Below, piece after piece: positions 31,951-43,491 of a stretch of 64,000 bases of DNA. The notes beneath the pieces are model-generated. The model searched no databases, was not told where the DNA came from, and was given only the letters and a program-made list of their open reading frames with translations. Source of the stretch: Limnothrix sp. BL-A-16 (GTDB lineage Bacteria > Cyanobacteriota > Cyanobacteriia > CACIAM-69d). A program made the translations under genes and the position numbers. The stretch spans positions 1 to 64,000 of the forward strand of contig CP166615.1 of the NCBI GenBank assembly GCA_041937175.2. Direction: 5' to 3'. Within the stretch, counting starts at the first letter, position 1; every line of letters begins with the position of its first letter.

Positions 31951-33369
<1,419 letters not shown>

Positions 33370-33411
33370 TCACAGGTAAAACGGTTGGTTTTGGGGGGCG
33401 GATGGTTGATC

Positions 33412-33439
33412 GTAGGGGCGTACGGCCGTACGCCCCTAC
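33412..33439. repeat. GTAG-type REP-like perfect palindrome
   Basis: GTAGGGGCGTACGGCCGTACGCCCCTAC; related hairpin at 34037-34060. Confidence 0.85.
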
Positions 33440-33480
33440 CCGGATGTTTGCGCGCGATCGAACCCTGAATTTCGCTGAAC

Positions 33481-33927
33481 TTAAAAGGTCGATCGCTCCC
33501 AAATCGGGATCAGCTCAGCATCACGGGTGCGGCCATTGCAGTCGGTTTCCTCAAGCTGTTCGATCGGGGGTTGGGCAAACTCGATCGGCGCAGGATCGCT
33601 GGCGGGTAACAGGATGGCGGGACGGTTGCGGCGTTCGCGGGCGGCGGCCTTGGCGGCGAGTTCCAATTCCCGATCGGGGTCAAAGTCCAGCCCCAGCGCT
33701 TCGATCACCCGATCGGGATCGCTGCTGAGATCCACCAACAGCGGCATCAACTCCGTCACTCGTGGTTCCAGCACCGTCGCTGTCGCCAACAAAAAACTCG
33801 ACAGGGGGCGGCGGTGACCCAACTCGCTTTCTGTCCAAATGGCCATGCGGGCCAGCCAGGAGCGGTTATCGCGGTAATAGTCCAGCCACTTTTGACGGAG
33901 CGATCGGCGCAACTGTTCAACGTTCAT
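33481..33927 (-). CDS. DUF5331-like protein between chlL and chlN
   Basis: MNVEQLRRSLRQKWLDYY...RRPLSSF...DPDRVIEALGLDFDP. Confidence 0.8.
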   Translation of the reverse strand: MNVEQLRRSLRQKWLDYYRDNRSWLARMAIWTESELGHRRPLSSFLLATATVLEPRVTELMPLLVDLSSDPDRVIEALGLDFDPDRELELAAKAAARERRNRPAILLPASDPAPIEFAQPPIEQLEETDCNGRTRDAELIPIWERSTF

Positions 33928-34103
33928 AGGGCGGGAGATCGGTGGACTTTGGAGATATCAAACCTCGATCGAGCCTACTCGATCGTCCAACTCTCCTCGC
34001 GCGATCACTGGGGAGTAAGGGTAAGGCCCTGACGGAGGGCGCACCGCTGTGCGCCCCTACATTTCGCCCTGTTTTTGTCGATCGCCTACCCGATCGTCCA
34101 TCG

Positions 34104-34247
34104 TGGGAGCAAGGGGCTTAAGCCCCTTGTCTGGACTCGGATCCAGCCCTTACACCATCATCAATCAACCATCCTCGCGTTCCCCTTGGGAGCAAGGGGC
34201 TTAAGCCCCTTGTCTGGACTTGGGTTCAGCCCTAAACCATCATCAAT
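34104..34247. repeat. Tandem duplication (~83-bp period) of the palindrome plus the chlL 3' end
   Basis: TGGGAGCAAGGGGCTTAAGCCCCTTGTCTGGACT...ACCATCATCAAT occurs twice. Confidence 0.9.
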
Positions 34248-35092
34248 TCGGGTTCGGATTCCGCTGCTTTTGGTTCTTGTGGGTTCAGATAGAAGTCCGA
34301 CAGCATTGAGAACAACTCCCGATCGGGTGATCCATTGGGAACCACGCCCTCCGGCATCGCCAACAGTTGGTCGGCAATGTTCAGGTAATAGTCACAAACC
34401 GGCAGCAACGACGGGTCAGACTCCGCCATCTCAAACAGCGTTTTGCCCTTCACCCGCGAGACGCGAATATCTTCAATCAGCGGCAAAATCTCCAGCACCG
34501 GCATCGGTACCGCACTGACATATTTATCAATCAGATCCCGCTTGGAAGTCCGGTTGCCAATCAAGCCCGCCAGCCGCAGCTTGTGGGTTCGGGCCTTTTC
34601 ACGCACCGAAGCCGCAATCCGATTGGCCGCAAACAGCGCATCAAAGCCGTTGTCCGTGACGATCACGCAGTAGTCCGCGTAGTTCAAGGGAGCCGCAAAG
34701 CCGCCGCAAACCACATCGCCCAGCACGTCGAACAAAATCACATCGTACTCATCAAAGGCGTTCAGCTCCCGCAGCAGCTTCACCGTTTCGCCCACCACGT
34801 AGCCCCCGCAGCCCGCGCCGGCCGGCGGCCCGCCCGCTTCCACGCAATGCACGCCGCCATAGCCCTTGTGGATCACGTCATCGGGCCAAACGTCTTCGTA
34901 GTGATAGCTCTTGGCTTGCAGGGTGTCGATGATCGTGGGGATCAGGTAGCCCGTGAGTGTGAAGGTGCTGTCGTGTTTCGGATCGCAGCCAATTTGCAGC
35001 ACTTTTTTGCCACGACGGGCGAGGGCCACGGAGATGTTGCAACTGGTGGTGGATTTGCCAATGCCACCTTTGCCATAGACAGCGAGTTTCAC
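34232..35092 (-). CDS. chlL: Light-independent protochlorophyllide reductase Fe-S ATP-binding protein
   Basis: (GTG)[25 protein letters not shown] and [11 protein letters not shown] motifs. Confidence 0.98.
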   Translation of the reverse strand: MKLAVYGKGGIGKSTTSCNISVALARRGKKVLQIGCDPKHDSTFTLTGYLIPTIIDTLQAKSYHYEDVWPDDVIHKGYGGVHCVEAGGPPAGAGCGGYVVGETVKLLRELNAFDEYDVILFDVLGDVVCGGFAAPLNYADYCVIVTDNGFDALFAANRIAASVREKARTHKLRLAGLIGNRTSKRDLIDKYVSAVPMPVLEILPLIEDIRVSRVKGKTLFEMAESDPSLLPVCDYYLNIADQLLAMPEGVVPNGSPDRELFSMLSDFYLNPQEPKAAESEPELMMV

Positions 35093-35479
35093 GGGGGGAG
35101 TCCTCTGGGGAAATCTGGTTGGAACAGGACTGGAGCAGGAATGCAACGAGGATTTAGCCTCGATCAAGCTCAATCAATCTCGGTCAGTCTCAATCAAGCT
35201 CAGTCAGGCAGGGTCAATCTCGCTTAGTCTTCGCCAATCTCGGTGAGCTGCCCAATTTCTGAACCGGTAGACCGAGCGCGATCGAGCCGAGCGAGATGGC
35301 AAAACTCAAAACCGAAGCATTGAAGCCTGAGCAGAGGGGCCGATCGGGAATGGGATTGATCGGGAATGAAGCCAAGTGGTAGCGGAAATCGGGAATGCAG
35401 AGAAAAAACTGAGTTGGGGGTGGGCAGCCCTGGAGCGATCGCGGTTGGTTGCCCCACCGATGGCATTATCAGCAGATTT

Positions 35480-35493
35480 TTCCCGAAAGGAAA
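35480..35493. promoter_or_regulatory. Putative ChlR site
   Basis: TTCCC-GAAA-GGAAA matches TTMCC-N4-GGWAA, upstream of chlL. Confidence 0.5.
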
Positions 35494-35527
35494 GCAAGGC
35501 TAATTTTGTCCGGCCGCGCCAGCAGTC

Positions 35528-35544
35528 TTGAGAATAATTCTGAA
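35528..35544. promoter_or_regulatory. Putative Fur-family box
   Basis: TTGAGAAT-A-ATTCTGAA, an 8-1-8 inverted repeat with one mismatch. Confidence 0.45.
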
Positions 35545-36064
35545 TTTAAAAATTAGTCTTAAAGCTTTTCAAAATCAAGAAAACGCAGTTTTAAGTCAAA
35601 TTAATCAAATTTAGGGTCTTCTTTATATAAAAATAAAAACAAAACCAAAACATAAATTCCGAGACCAGCCCAATCCTTAATTCAGAGCCTGCTCGACTCC
35701 CCTGTCGATTTGGGGTTGTTCGGATGGGTGCGTGAGGGCGATCGCAACCCAAAACAGCCGGGCGATCGGGAAATTTGGCGCTGTTTGTTAAGAATTCAAT
35801 CAAAGCGGGGAGGGTTGGCAGGAAACCGGGCGACGGGATCGATCAACAACCTCACCCTTGGCAGCGATCCCCGATCGGGAGTTGCGCCCACTCGTCAGGG
35901 AAGCCAGAATCGATCGGCCGCTGGCGAGTGGTTTGTGGCAAATTGGTGGCAGCATCGAGCCGGTTGTGTTACGCCATCTGGTGTTGCCCAATAGTGCAAC
36001 GGCCCAAAACGCTTGCTGTTTTTGAAGTCTCTCCGAGTCCTGTTGTTGCCGAGGGTTGCCCGTT

Positions 36065-36487
36065 ATGTCTTTTGAGGTGTTGTTGATCCTGATCCTGGCG
36101 CTGATTTTTCTGTTGCAGTGGCTTGATGGACTCGATCGCGATCGACGCAAGGCAATTGAAGCGCGCCAAAAGGCTGAAGCGGATCTCCTCAATATGTTGA
36201 TGCTGCGTAAATCCTTGGCAGATTTGTTGAAAAAATTGGCGGCGAACCCTGGCGACATGGGCTTGCAACAGCAGATTTTGGCCTCGATGCGAGTGCAGGA
36301 GGATGCCAAAGGAACCGGCCTGGGTTATGGCTCCCTGTTGGCGCTTTTTGAGGCGAACTCCGGTGATAAAACCCTGCGCAAAACGGTGCTAGAGGCGGGC
36401 CGGATTCACTACGGCAAGATTGCGGGCGGGGTGGCCTCTTTGGACGATGAGCGCCGGGTCATGAACGATATTGCGGTGCGATCGTAG
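36065..36487 (+). CDS. Hypothetical protein with an N-terminal TM anchor
   Basis: Hydrophobic N-terminus; ends DERRVMNDI. Confidence 0.65.
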   Translation: MSFEVLLILILALIFLLQWLDGLDRDRRKAIEARQKAEADLLNMLMLRKSLADLLKKLAANPGDMGLQQQILASMRVQEDAKGTGLGYGSLLALFEANSGDKTLRKTVLEAGRIHYGKIAGGVASLDDERRVMNDIAVRS

Positions 36488-36773
36488 GGATAATCGCACG
36501 GGTGCTGAAGGTTGCTCCTCCGGGCGATCGCGGGGTGATTTGTCCCCTTGGAGGTCAAGGCTTTTGGCAGTAATGTTTTTAAAGTTTGTTTTTAGGATTC
36601 GCCCAGCACGCTGCACAGTCTGACTCGAAATTTTCCGGGAATTGGCGCTGGGACCATACTGGAAATGATGCCCGAACGCATTCTTGGAATTGCTTTGGGA
36701 ATCAGCTTTGAAAGTGTTGCTGGGGAAACTGTTTCTTCGATTCGCAAGCCGGGAAACCTGGTCTGAGCTGTTT

Positions 36774-37244
36774 ATGGTTTTGTCAAACCCTGCCCTTAAA
36801 TTGCCCGCTGCGATCGCCCTTGTCTGCGTCTTGACCGGTTGCGCCCAAAGCAAAGTTGCCCAATGCAAACAATTGGTGACCATTGCCAACTTGGCCAACG
36901 AAACGGCCCGGGAAGCCGCCACAGGCAAACCGGAGGCCATGCACCGCGCTGCTGAATCGTTCGATCGAGCTGCCCAGGATTTGGGCAAGTTGCCGCTCAG
37001 TGACACGCAACTAAAAGACCATCGATCGCGCTTGGCGGATATCTACACCGACACCAGCCGCAGCACCCGTGAATTTTTGACCGCCATTCAGCAAAAGGAT
37101 CGCAACCTGGCTGAAATTGCAGTGCAATCGCTGGAGCAGTCCGCCAACAATGAACGCAACCTGATCCAAACCATTAATCAAACCTGTCAGGTGGCTGAAT
37201 CTGCCGCCAGCAACCCGACCCAGCCAAATCCCCCAGCGCCGTGA
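36774..37244 (+). CDS. Hypothetical helical lipoprotein
   Basis: Lipobox LTGC followed by SKVAQCKQL. Confidence 0.7.
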   Translation: MVLSNPALKLPAAIALVCVLTGCAQSKVAQCKQLVTIANLANETAREAATGKPEAMHRAAESFDRAAQDLGKLPLSDTQLKDHRSRLADIYTDTSRSTREFLTAIQQKDRNLAEIAVQSLEQSANNERNLIQTINQTCQVAESAASNPTQPNPPAP

Positions 37245-37366
37245 GATCCGGTCACCGCTGATTACTTTCACCGCTGATTACTACTGATTACCGCTCAGAC
37301 GACCCACAGAGCGCGGGTTTCTAGAGGTTGATCGCGAGACGGATGGCCCCGCGATCAACCCTTGGA

Positions 37367-39628
37367 TTAAAACCAGTCGTCCTCATCGTCCCAATTGTCG
37401 TTGTAGGTCGATCGCCGATCGCGCGGTTGGCTGCTGCCGCCAATGTTGTTGTTGCGGGCTTCCCGTCGATCGCTCGATCGCCCTGACCCATCCTGGGGGG
37501 CGGGCCGACTGGGGCGATCGCTGGGGCCGCCGTAACCGCCGCCATAGCCCAAGTCGTAGGGATCGCGCGGTGCGGGTGCGGGGCGGCTGGGTTCCCGGCG
37601 GCGATCGCCCTGGCCGTTCGGTTCATTCCAACCCCGATCGCCGCGGCCTAAGTCACCGCCTCGGCCATAGTCATTGCGGCCATAGTCGTTACGACCGTAA
37701 TCATTGCGCCCGTAGTCCCGATCGAAGCGATCGCCCCCACCCAGCACCGCATCGCGCCCATCCTGGAAGGTGCGCCGAATTGAGCCGAAGAAGTTGTCGT
37801 CATCTTCTTCCGCATAGCGATCGCGCACATCCCGATTTAGGTTGTAGATCGCGTCTTGCAAATCGGCCTGGGTGCGATCGATCTCGATGTCGTCGCTGGC
37901 GGCGATCGCCTCGCGCAGGGCCTTGACGGATTTTTCGATCGCCCGGCGGTGAATCTCCACAAACTGCATCCCAAAATCAAGGGTCGCCTCCCGCAGTTGC
38001 CGTTCCGCTTGGAAAGTGAGGGCTTCGGCGCGGTTGCGTTTGTCCACCCGATCGCGCTGCGATCGATCCTGGTCGGCGAATTGTTGGGCCTCCTCGATCG
38101 CCTTGCGCACCTCCGACTCATTCAGGGTCGAAGCATCTTGAATAATCACGCTTTGCTCGCGGCCCGTGGTCATATCCAGCGCCGTCACCTGCAAAATGCC
38201 GTTCGCGTCGATGTCAAAAGCAACGCGCACTTGGGGCACACCACGCGGCGCAGGCGGCAACCCCTTGAGAATAAATTTCCCGAGGGATTTGTTGTTGGCG
38301 GCCATTTCCCGCTCCCCTTGCAGGATATGGATTTCCACCTGGGTTTGGTTATTTTCGCTGGTGGAAAACATGTCCGATCGCCGCACGGGAATCGTGGTGT
38401 TGCGCGGAATCAGCTTTTTCATCACGCCGCCGGAGGTTTCCAAACCCAAGGACAGGGGCGTAACGTCCAGCAGCAAAATGTCTTTCACCTCGCCGCCCAG
38501 AATGCCCGCCTGGATCGCCGCGCCCACGGCCACCACCTCATCGGGGTTGACGTTTTGGCTGGGTTCCTTGCCCACCAGCGATCGCACCACGTCCTGCACG
38601 AAAGGAATCCGCGTGGAGCCGCCCACCAGCACCACTTCATCAATTTGCGAGGGCCGCAAGCCCGCATCCATAAAGGCCCGCTTCAGGGGCGCGCGAATCC
38701 GTTCGATCAAATCGGTGCAGAGACCTTCAAACTGCGATCGGGTTAGGCGCGTTTCCAAATGCTTCGGCCCATCCTCCGTGGCGGTGATGAAGGGCAAATT
38801 AATTTCCGTCGCGCCCACGCCGGACAGCTCGATCTTGGCCTTTTCCGCCGCTTCCGTCAGCCGTTGCAGGGATTGGCGATCGCGCCGCAGATCCAGCCCC
38901 TCGGTTTCTAGGAATTGCTCCGCCAGCCAATCCACAATTTTGCGATCAAAGTCATTGCCGCCCAACTGCGTGTCGCCGCTGGTGGCCTTCACTTCAAACA
39001 CCCCATCGCCCACCTCCAGCAGGGACACATCAAACGTGCCGCCTCCGAGGTCAAACACCAACACCGTTTGGCTGCTAGCGCGATCGAGACCGTAGGCCAG
39101 AGCCGCCGCCGTCGGTTCATTAATAATCCGCTTCACATCCAGCCCGGCAATCCGTCCCGCGTCCCGCGTGGCCTGCCGTTGGGAATCGTTGAAATAGGCC
39201 GGAACCGTAATCACCGCGCCGGTCACGGGCTGGCCCAAATAGCGCTCGGCTTCATCGGCCAGCTTCCGCAAAATCATCGCCGACAGTTCTTCCGCCGGAA
39301 AGTCGCGCTGCAACTTGGGACACACCACGCGCACATTGCCCTCCTCATTGCGCCGAATCGTGTAGGGCACGCGCTTTGAGGACGGCGACAGCTCATCGTA
39401 TTTGCGGCCAATAAACCGCTTCAGACCATAAAAGGTGTTTTGTGGATTCAACACCGTTTGGCGGCGAGCCAACTGCCCCACCACCTTTTCGCCATCTTTG
39501 TTGAACCCAACGACGGATGGGGTGGTTCTCATCCCTTCGGCATTGGCAATAACGACGGGTTTCCCGCCTTCCATGACGGCCACGACGGAGTTGGTCGTAC
39601 CGAGATCGATGCCAACGACTTTTCCCAT
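37367..39628 (-). CDS. dnaK: DnaK, cyanobacterial DnaK3 type with a long low-complexity tail
   Basis: [17 protein letters not shown] and DLGGGTFD motifs; C-terminal WDDEDDWF. Confidence 0.95.
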   Translation of the reverse strand: MGKVVGIDLGTTNSVVAVMEGGKPVVIANAEGMRTTPSVVGFNKDGEKVVGQLARRQTVLNPQNTFYGLKRFIGRKYDELSPSSKRVPYTIRRNEEGNVRVVCPKLQRDFPAEELSAMILRKLADEAERYLGQPVTGAVITVPAYFNDSQRQATRDAGRIAGLDVKRIINEPTAAALAYGLDRASSQTVLVFDLGGGTFDVSLLEVGDGVFEVKATSGDTQLGGNDFDRKIVDWLAEQFLETEGLDLRRDRQSLQRLTEAAEKAKIELSGVGATEINLPFITATEDGPKHLETRLTRSQFEGLCTDLIERIRAPLKRAFMDAGLRPSQIDEVVLVGGSTRIPFVQDVVRSLVGKEPSQNVNPDEVVAVGAAIQAGILGGEVKDILLLDVTPLSLGLETSGGVMKKLIPRNTTIPVRRSDMFSTSENNQTQVEIHILQGEREMAANNKSLGKFILKGLPPAPRGVPQVRVAFDIDANGILQVTALDMTTGREQSVIIQDASTLNESEVRKAIEEAQQFADQDRSQRDRVDKRNRAEALTFQAERQLREATLDFGMQFVEIHRRAIEKSVKALREAIAASDDIEIDRTQADLQDAIYNLNRDVRDRYAEEDDDNFFGSIRRTFQDGRDAVLGGGDRFDRDYGRNDYGRNDYGRNDYGRGGDLGRGDRGWNEPNGQGDRRREPSRPAPAPRDPYDLGYGGGYGGPSDRPSRPAPQDGSGRSSDRREARNNNIGGSSQPRDRRSTYNDNWDDEDDWF

Positions 39629-39965
39629 TGCTTGGTTGTTTGTCTCTTGTTGCGGCTGCGAGGGGCTGAGGGCGATCGGGAAGGCCGTTCAGCCGAGTTG
39701 GATGGTCTGGCCAGTAGCGGGGTGGTGCATCGGCCAGCGCTTGGGGCAAGGGGCTTAAGCCCCTTGTCTGACGTGGCGGGGCCAGACTTTGGGTGGACAG
39801 ATTCAGCGCCCGATCGCGCGTTAAGAATCTTGTCGGCTTCATTCTATCCTGTGGCTTCCCATCCACCGAACCGAGAGGCGATCGAAACCGGGGTCAGTCT
39901 TGGTCAAAATCCTTTGCCAGAATGGAGACTGTTAGGCCGCAACCGATCGCCAGGAGCGCCGCCCC

Positions 39966-40652
39966 ATGCTGCCATCCTTCCTAGAATCATTGCCCAACGC
40001 TGACGAACTCCCCGATTCTTGCGATATTCCCGTGGATAACGAAGAACAAAATTTTATTCCCAACGTCCTCTTGTTCCTGCTGGAATACATTTGGAAGCAC
40101 CGGGAAGACTGGTTTTTTGCGGTTGATATGGGGGTTTACCACGCCACGGGGCCTCATCCGAAAGTGCCGGTGATTCCCGATGGCTTTTTGAGCCTGGGGG
40201 TCGATCGCCGCAAGAATGGTAAACCGCGCCGCAGCTACATCACCTGGACGGAAAACAACATTCCACCGATTTTGGCCCTGGAGGTGGTTTCCTACACACC
40301 GGGTGAAGAGTATGACGAAAAAATGGCAATTTACGCCCGACTGGGGGTGTTGTATTACGTGATCTACAATCCCGAATTTTGGCGGCGGGATGGTCACTTG
40401 CCCTTAGAGGTTTACAAGCTAGTGGAGGGAACCTATCAACTTCAGGTGGGTGAACCCTGCTGGATGCCGGAAATTGGCTTGGGAATCGGGCGCGATCGCC
40501 TCATCGATGACCCATTCGATCGCGAAGTGCTCACCTGGTACGACGCGCAGGGACAACGCTATCGTAGCGAGGCCGAGGTAGAGCGCGATCGAGCCGATCG
40601 CTTGGCCGCGCGGTTGCGGGAGTTGGGGATTGATCCAGAGGCGATCGAGTAG
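39966..40652 (+). CDS. Uma2-family endonuclease-like protein
   Basis: PVDNEEQ, IPDGFLSLGV, LEVVS and YARLGVLYYVIYNP motifs. Confidence 0.9.
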   Translation: MLPSFLESLPNADELPDSCDIPVDNEEQNFIPNVLLFLLEYIWKHREDWFFAVDMGVYHATGPHPKVPVIPDGFLSLGVDRRKNGKPRRSYITWTENNIPPILALEVVSYTPGEEYDEKMAIYARLGVLYYVIYNPEFWRRDGHLPLEVYKLVEGTYQLQVGEPCWMPEIGLGIGRDRLIDDPFDREVLTWYDAQGQRYRSEAEVERDRADRLAARLRELGIDPEAIE

Positions 40653-40693
40653 GTCATTGCTCGTTCTAGTGGGGAACGGCTCATGATTTGGGG

Positions 40694-41299
40694 TTAAAGC
40701 GTTGAGCGGCTGGCGCGATCGCATTGCTGCAAGAGGTGGTGCAACGCGCCCAATAATTCAGCCGGGTTGCGATTGGAATATAGGCCGGTTTCATAGACCT
40801 GGCCCGACCGATCGAGCCGATAAAACCGCCACCCATCGCCGTTGGTGACAATTCCCAACACCTCAATGGGGCGATCGCCGTTGCAATCTTGGCAGGCTTT
40901 CATTTCCACTAAGCATTGGGCTAATCCTTGCTCAAAGTCATCTTTTTTGGCTTCGACAATACACAGGAAGGGAGCCGCCACATAGTCTCGGCGCTCTGTA
41001 ATTAAGTAATCGACATTGCCGGTGACTTGTGCGGTTTCTAGCTTGACTCCTTTCCAGATTTTGAGATGTGCTAGGTCGGTGATTGCTTCTTCGCAAAAGG
41101 CATCAATCACCAGTTCTTTCGATTTTTCGCAGTAGCGCAGGTCAAAGTGCGCTTGGAGGCGGCGCAGGCGTTCCTGAAAGAAGGGGCTAGGCGATCGGGG
41201 TTGGCTTTCCAGTTCCCACAATTTCAGTTCGGTTAGGTTGAGATATTGATAAGCTTCTGCCAGGGCAAAGCTGGAGAAATTTTTGCGTTTTTTGATCAT
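40694..41299 (-). CDS. PD-(D/E)XK-fold protein (HsdR-N-like)
   Basis: GNVDYL...IVEAKK...GLAQCLVEM...GIVTNGDGWRF. Confidence 0.75.
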   Translation of the reverse strand: MIKKRKNFSSFALAEAYQYLNLTELKLWELESQPRSPSPFFQERLRRLQAHFDLRYCEKSKELVIDAFCEEAITDLAHLKIWKGVKLETAQVTGNVDYLITERRDYVAAPFLCIVEAKKDDFEQGLAQCLVEMKACQDCNGDRPIEVLGIVTNGDGWRFYRLDRSGQVYETGLYSNRNPAELLGALHHLLQQCDRASRSTL

Positions 41300-41348
41300 T
41301 GACCAAAATCTCTGAATTCCAGAAGTCCTTACCATTATCAATCATCCC

Positions 41349-41526
41349 GTAGGGTGCATGGGAGCAATCTCGAATTGTTATGAAATGTGCGGCTTCGTCT
41401 CCCATGCACCGTGGGTTGGGGCAACACAACCGATCGAAAATTATCGGTTTGTTGCGGTGGATTGCGGTGCATGGGAGATGAATGGAAATTGTCATTGCCT
41501 CCCATGCGTTCTCCCATGCGCCCTAC
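41349..41526. repeat. REP/REPIN-like composite inverted repeat
   Basis: GTAGGGTGCATGGGAG (41349), CTCCCATGCACC (41399), GGTGCATGGGAG (41466), and CTCCCATGCGCCCTAC ending at 41526. Confidence 0.8.
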
Positions 41527-41612
41527 CCGTGAAAAAAAATTGACCGCGCAGAGCGTGGGGTAAAGCAGAAGGGAAAAGAGGGAAAGAAGCGTAAAAGGGA
41601 AAAGAGTCCTGG

Positions 41613-43448
41613 CTAGGGCAAAGCGACAACCCGAAACCCAACGTGGCCGTAGATAACGTCGCGATTGACAGCCCACCACCCATAGCGATGCGCAGAGCGG
41701 CAGCCCAACGGAAAGTAGCTCCAAGAACCACCACGCAGGAGTTTGATTTGTTTATTGTCAAGATCAGTCAAATTCTGGAAAGCTCCATTGTCTATTTGTC
41801 CGCTTTCTCGAAATTGACTTATAAATAGTTGTTCATGTTTTAAATTGTCAAACCAAGGATGACCATTAACCGGTGCATTTTGATAGGTATTATGCCAATC
41901 ATCCAGACACCATTCCCACACATTCCCGTGCATCTCCTGCAAGCCAAAATCATTGGACGGGAAGCGACCAACCGGCGTGGTTCCAACACCGAAGGCTTGG
42001 CCATAGTGCGCTAAATCGTGGCTCAGGTTATTACCAAAATGAAACCGAGTCGTTGTGCCAGCGCGGCAAGCATATTCCCATTCGGCCTCGCTGGGCAGTC
42101 GGTAGCGTCGTCCCGTTCGCTGCCAGAGCCGCGCACAGAACTCCATCGCTTCAAACCAGTTCACCTGCTCCACCGGTCGATCATCGCCCTTGAAATAAGC
42201 AGGGTCAGGCTCAAGATCTCGGCAAACCTTGGGCCAGGCTGCCACGGCCCGCCACTGAGCCTGCGTGACAGGAAAGCGCCCCATATCAAACGCTGGCATA
42301 TCCACCCAATGTTGCGGCCGTTCATCTGGACTGGAACTCTCCTCCGACTCGGGCGATCCCATCAGAAACCGCCCTGCCGGAATCGGCAACAGTTCCAACA
42401 GTACCCCGCCGCCCAAATCCTCCACGATCGTCTGGGGCTTTGCTGGCTCCCTGTTCACCGGCTCCCCATGCTCAACAACTGGCTCAACCCGCTTCGGACT
42501 AGCAGGCACAACAACCGGCGACGGCGAGGCGTTGTGTTGTTTGCTCCGAAGTCGGAATAACGCCTCAAAACACTGGCGGCCCAACTTCCCCGCCGAGGCA
42601 ATATTGATCCGAATCCAGAGCTGTTCCGCGAGCTGCAAATCGCCCTCAAGTTCCGCCTGAAAAGCATCCGCCCGTAACTCTGCCCAGTCTCCCGGCTCCG
42701 ATTGGTGCGGAAACAAAATCAGGTGCGACTTGCGGATCGGCTCCACCACCGTATGCGGCGTTTGCCGCCGATCGCGCCCCACCAACTGCGGCACGCGATC
42801 GACCAAATAGCGATCCAAACTCGCCACCGTCGCATAGCCCCGCTGACTGCGAAACGCCTCCAACAGCGCATGGGTAAACGCCCCATGCTGCAATTCTTCT
42901 AGCTCATAGGACGACTCATAGCGACTGCAAGAAGCAATACTCACCACCCCCTTGAGCCGGCCCTGGTTCGCCGTGTCTTCGCCAACGCCCGCCACCCCCT
43001 TGGCCCCAGTCGATCGCCCCTCATCCCGACAGGCATCCAACAACAGCACCACATTGTCCGCACCGCACCGCCGCAACTGCTCCACCACGTAGGACACGCG
43101 GATCCCCGTTTCGGCCACGCTCATCGGCGAAGCTTCCATGGGCATCAGATAATCGCGCCCTTCCGCGTCCAACATTCCGTGGCCACTGAAGAAAAACCAA
43201 AAGTTGTCGCCCGCCGTCAGCTTGCGGTTGGCGGCAATTTGGCCCAGCAGTTCAATCACATTGGCCCGGGTCGGTTGCCGCAACCGATCGCCCTGCTGAG
43301 AGTCAAACAACCGCACAAATTCAAAGCCGATCGACTGCCAAAACGCCGCCATTTCCTGGGCATCGCGCTCGGCATATTTCAACGGCGGTAAGCGATCGTA
43401 TTGGTTCACCCCGATCGCGATCGCCCAGTTCCGCCCTTCAGCGCTCAT
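41613..43448 (-). CDS. Caspase-like (peptidase C14) plus FGE-sulfatase (SUMF1) domain protein
   Basis: AIAIGVNQY, FFSGHG and LDACR; then FLMGSP, RLPSEAEWEYACRAG, MHGNVWEWC, RGGSW and GFRV. Confidence 0.93.
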   Translation of the reverse strand: MSAEGRNWAIAIGVNQYDRLPPLKYAERDAQEMAAFWQSIGFEFVRLFDSQQGDRLRQPTRANVIELLGQIAANRKLTAGDNFWFFFSGHGMLDAEGRDYLMPMEASPMSVAETGIRVSYVVEQLRRCGADNVVLLLDACRDEGRSTGAKGVAGVGEDTANQGRLKGVVSIASCSRYESSYELEELQHGAFTHALLEAFRSQRGYATVASLDRYLVDRVPQLVGRDRRQTPHTVVEPIRKSHLILFPHQSEPGDWAELRADAFQAELEGDLQLAEQLWIRINIASAGKLGRQCFEALFRLRSKQHNASPSPVVVPASPKRVEPVVEHGEPVNREPAKPQTIVEDLGGGVLLELLPIPAGRFLMGSPESEESSSPDERPQHWVDMPAFDMGRFPVTQAQWRAVAAWPKVCRDLEPDPAYFKGDDRPVEQVNWFEAMEFCARLWQRTGRRYRLPSEAEWEYACRAGTTTRFHFGNNLSHDLAHYGQAFGVGTTPVGRFPSNDFGLQEMHGNVWEWCLDDWHNTYQNAPVNGHPWFDNLKHEQLFISQFRESGQIDNGAFQNLTDLDNKQIKLLRGGSWSYFPLGCRSAHRYGWWAVNRDVIYGHVGFRVVALP

Positions 43449-43491
43449 GTATCCCAGGTTTGGTCATTGCTTTCACGCCACCATAACGGGT

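Noticed and set aside
34075..34518. Small ORFs sharing KGLKPL/RGLSPL peptides (also at 12758, 29071 and 58009)
   Set aside because: Translations of the 20-bp palindrome, not a protein family.
37856..39095. Long ORFs antisense to dnaK (and likewise to chlL, rpe, desC and the phosphatase)
   Set aside because: Shadow ORFs opposite well-supported genes.
41613..41760. DGR target in the FGE-domain C-terminus
   Set aside because: No template repeat or reverse transcriptase seen in this window; a remote template cannot be excluded without a genome search.
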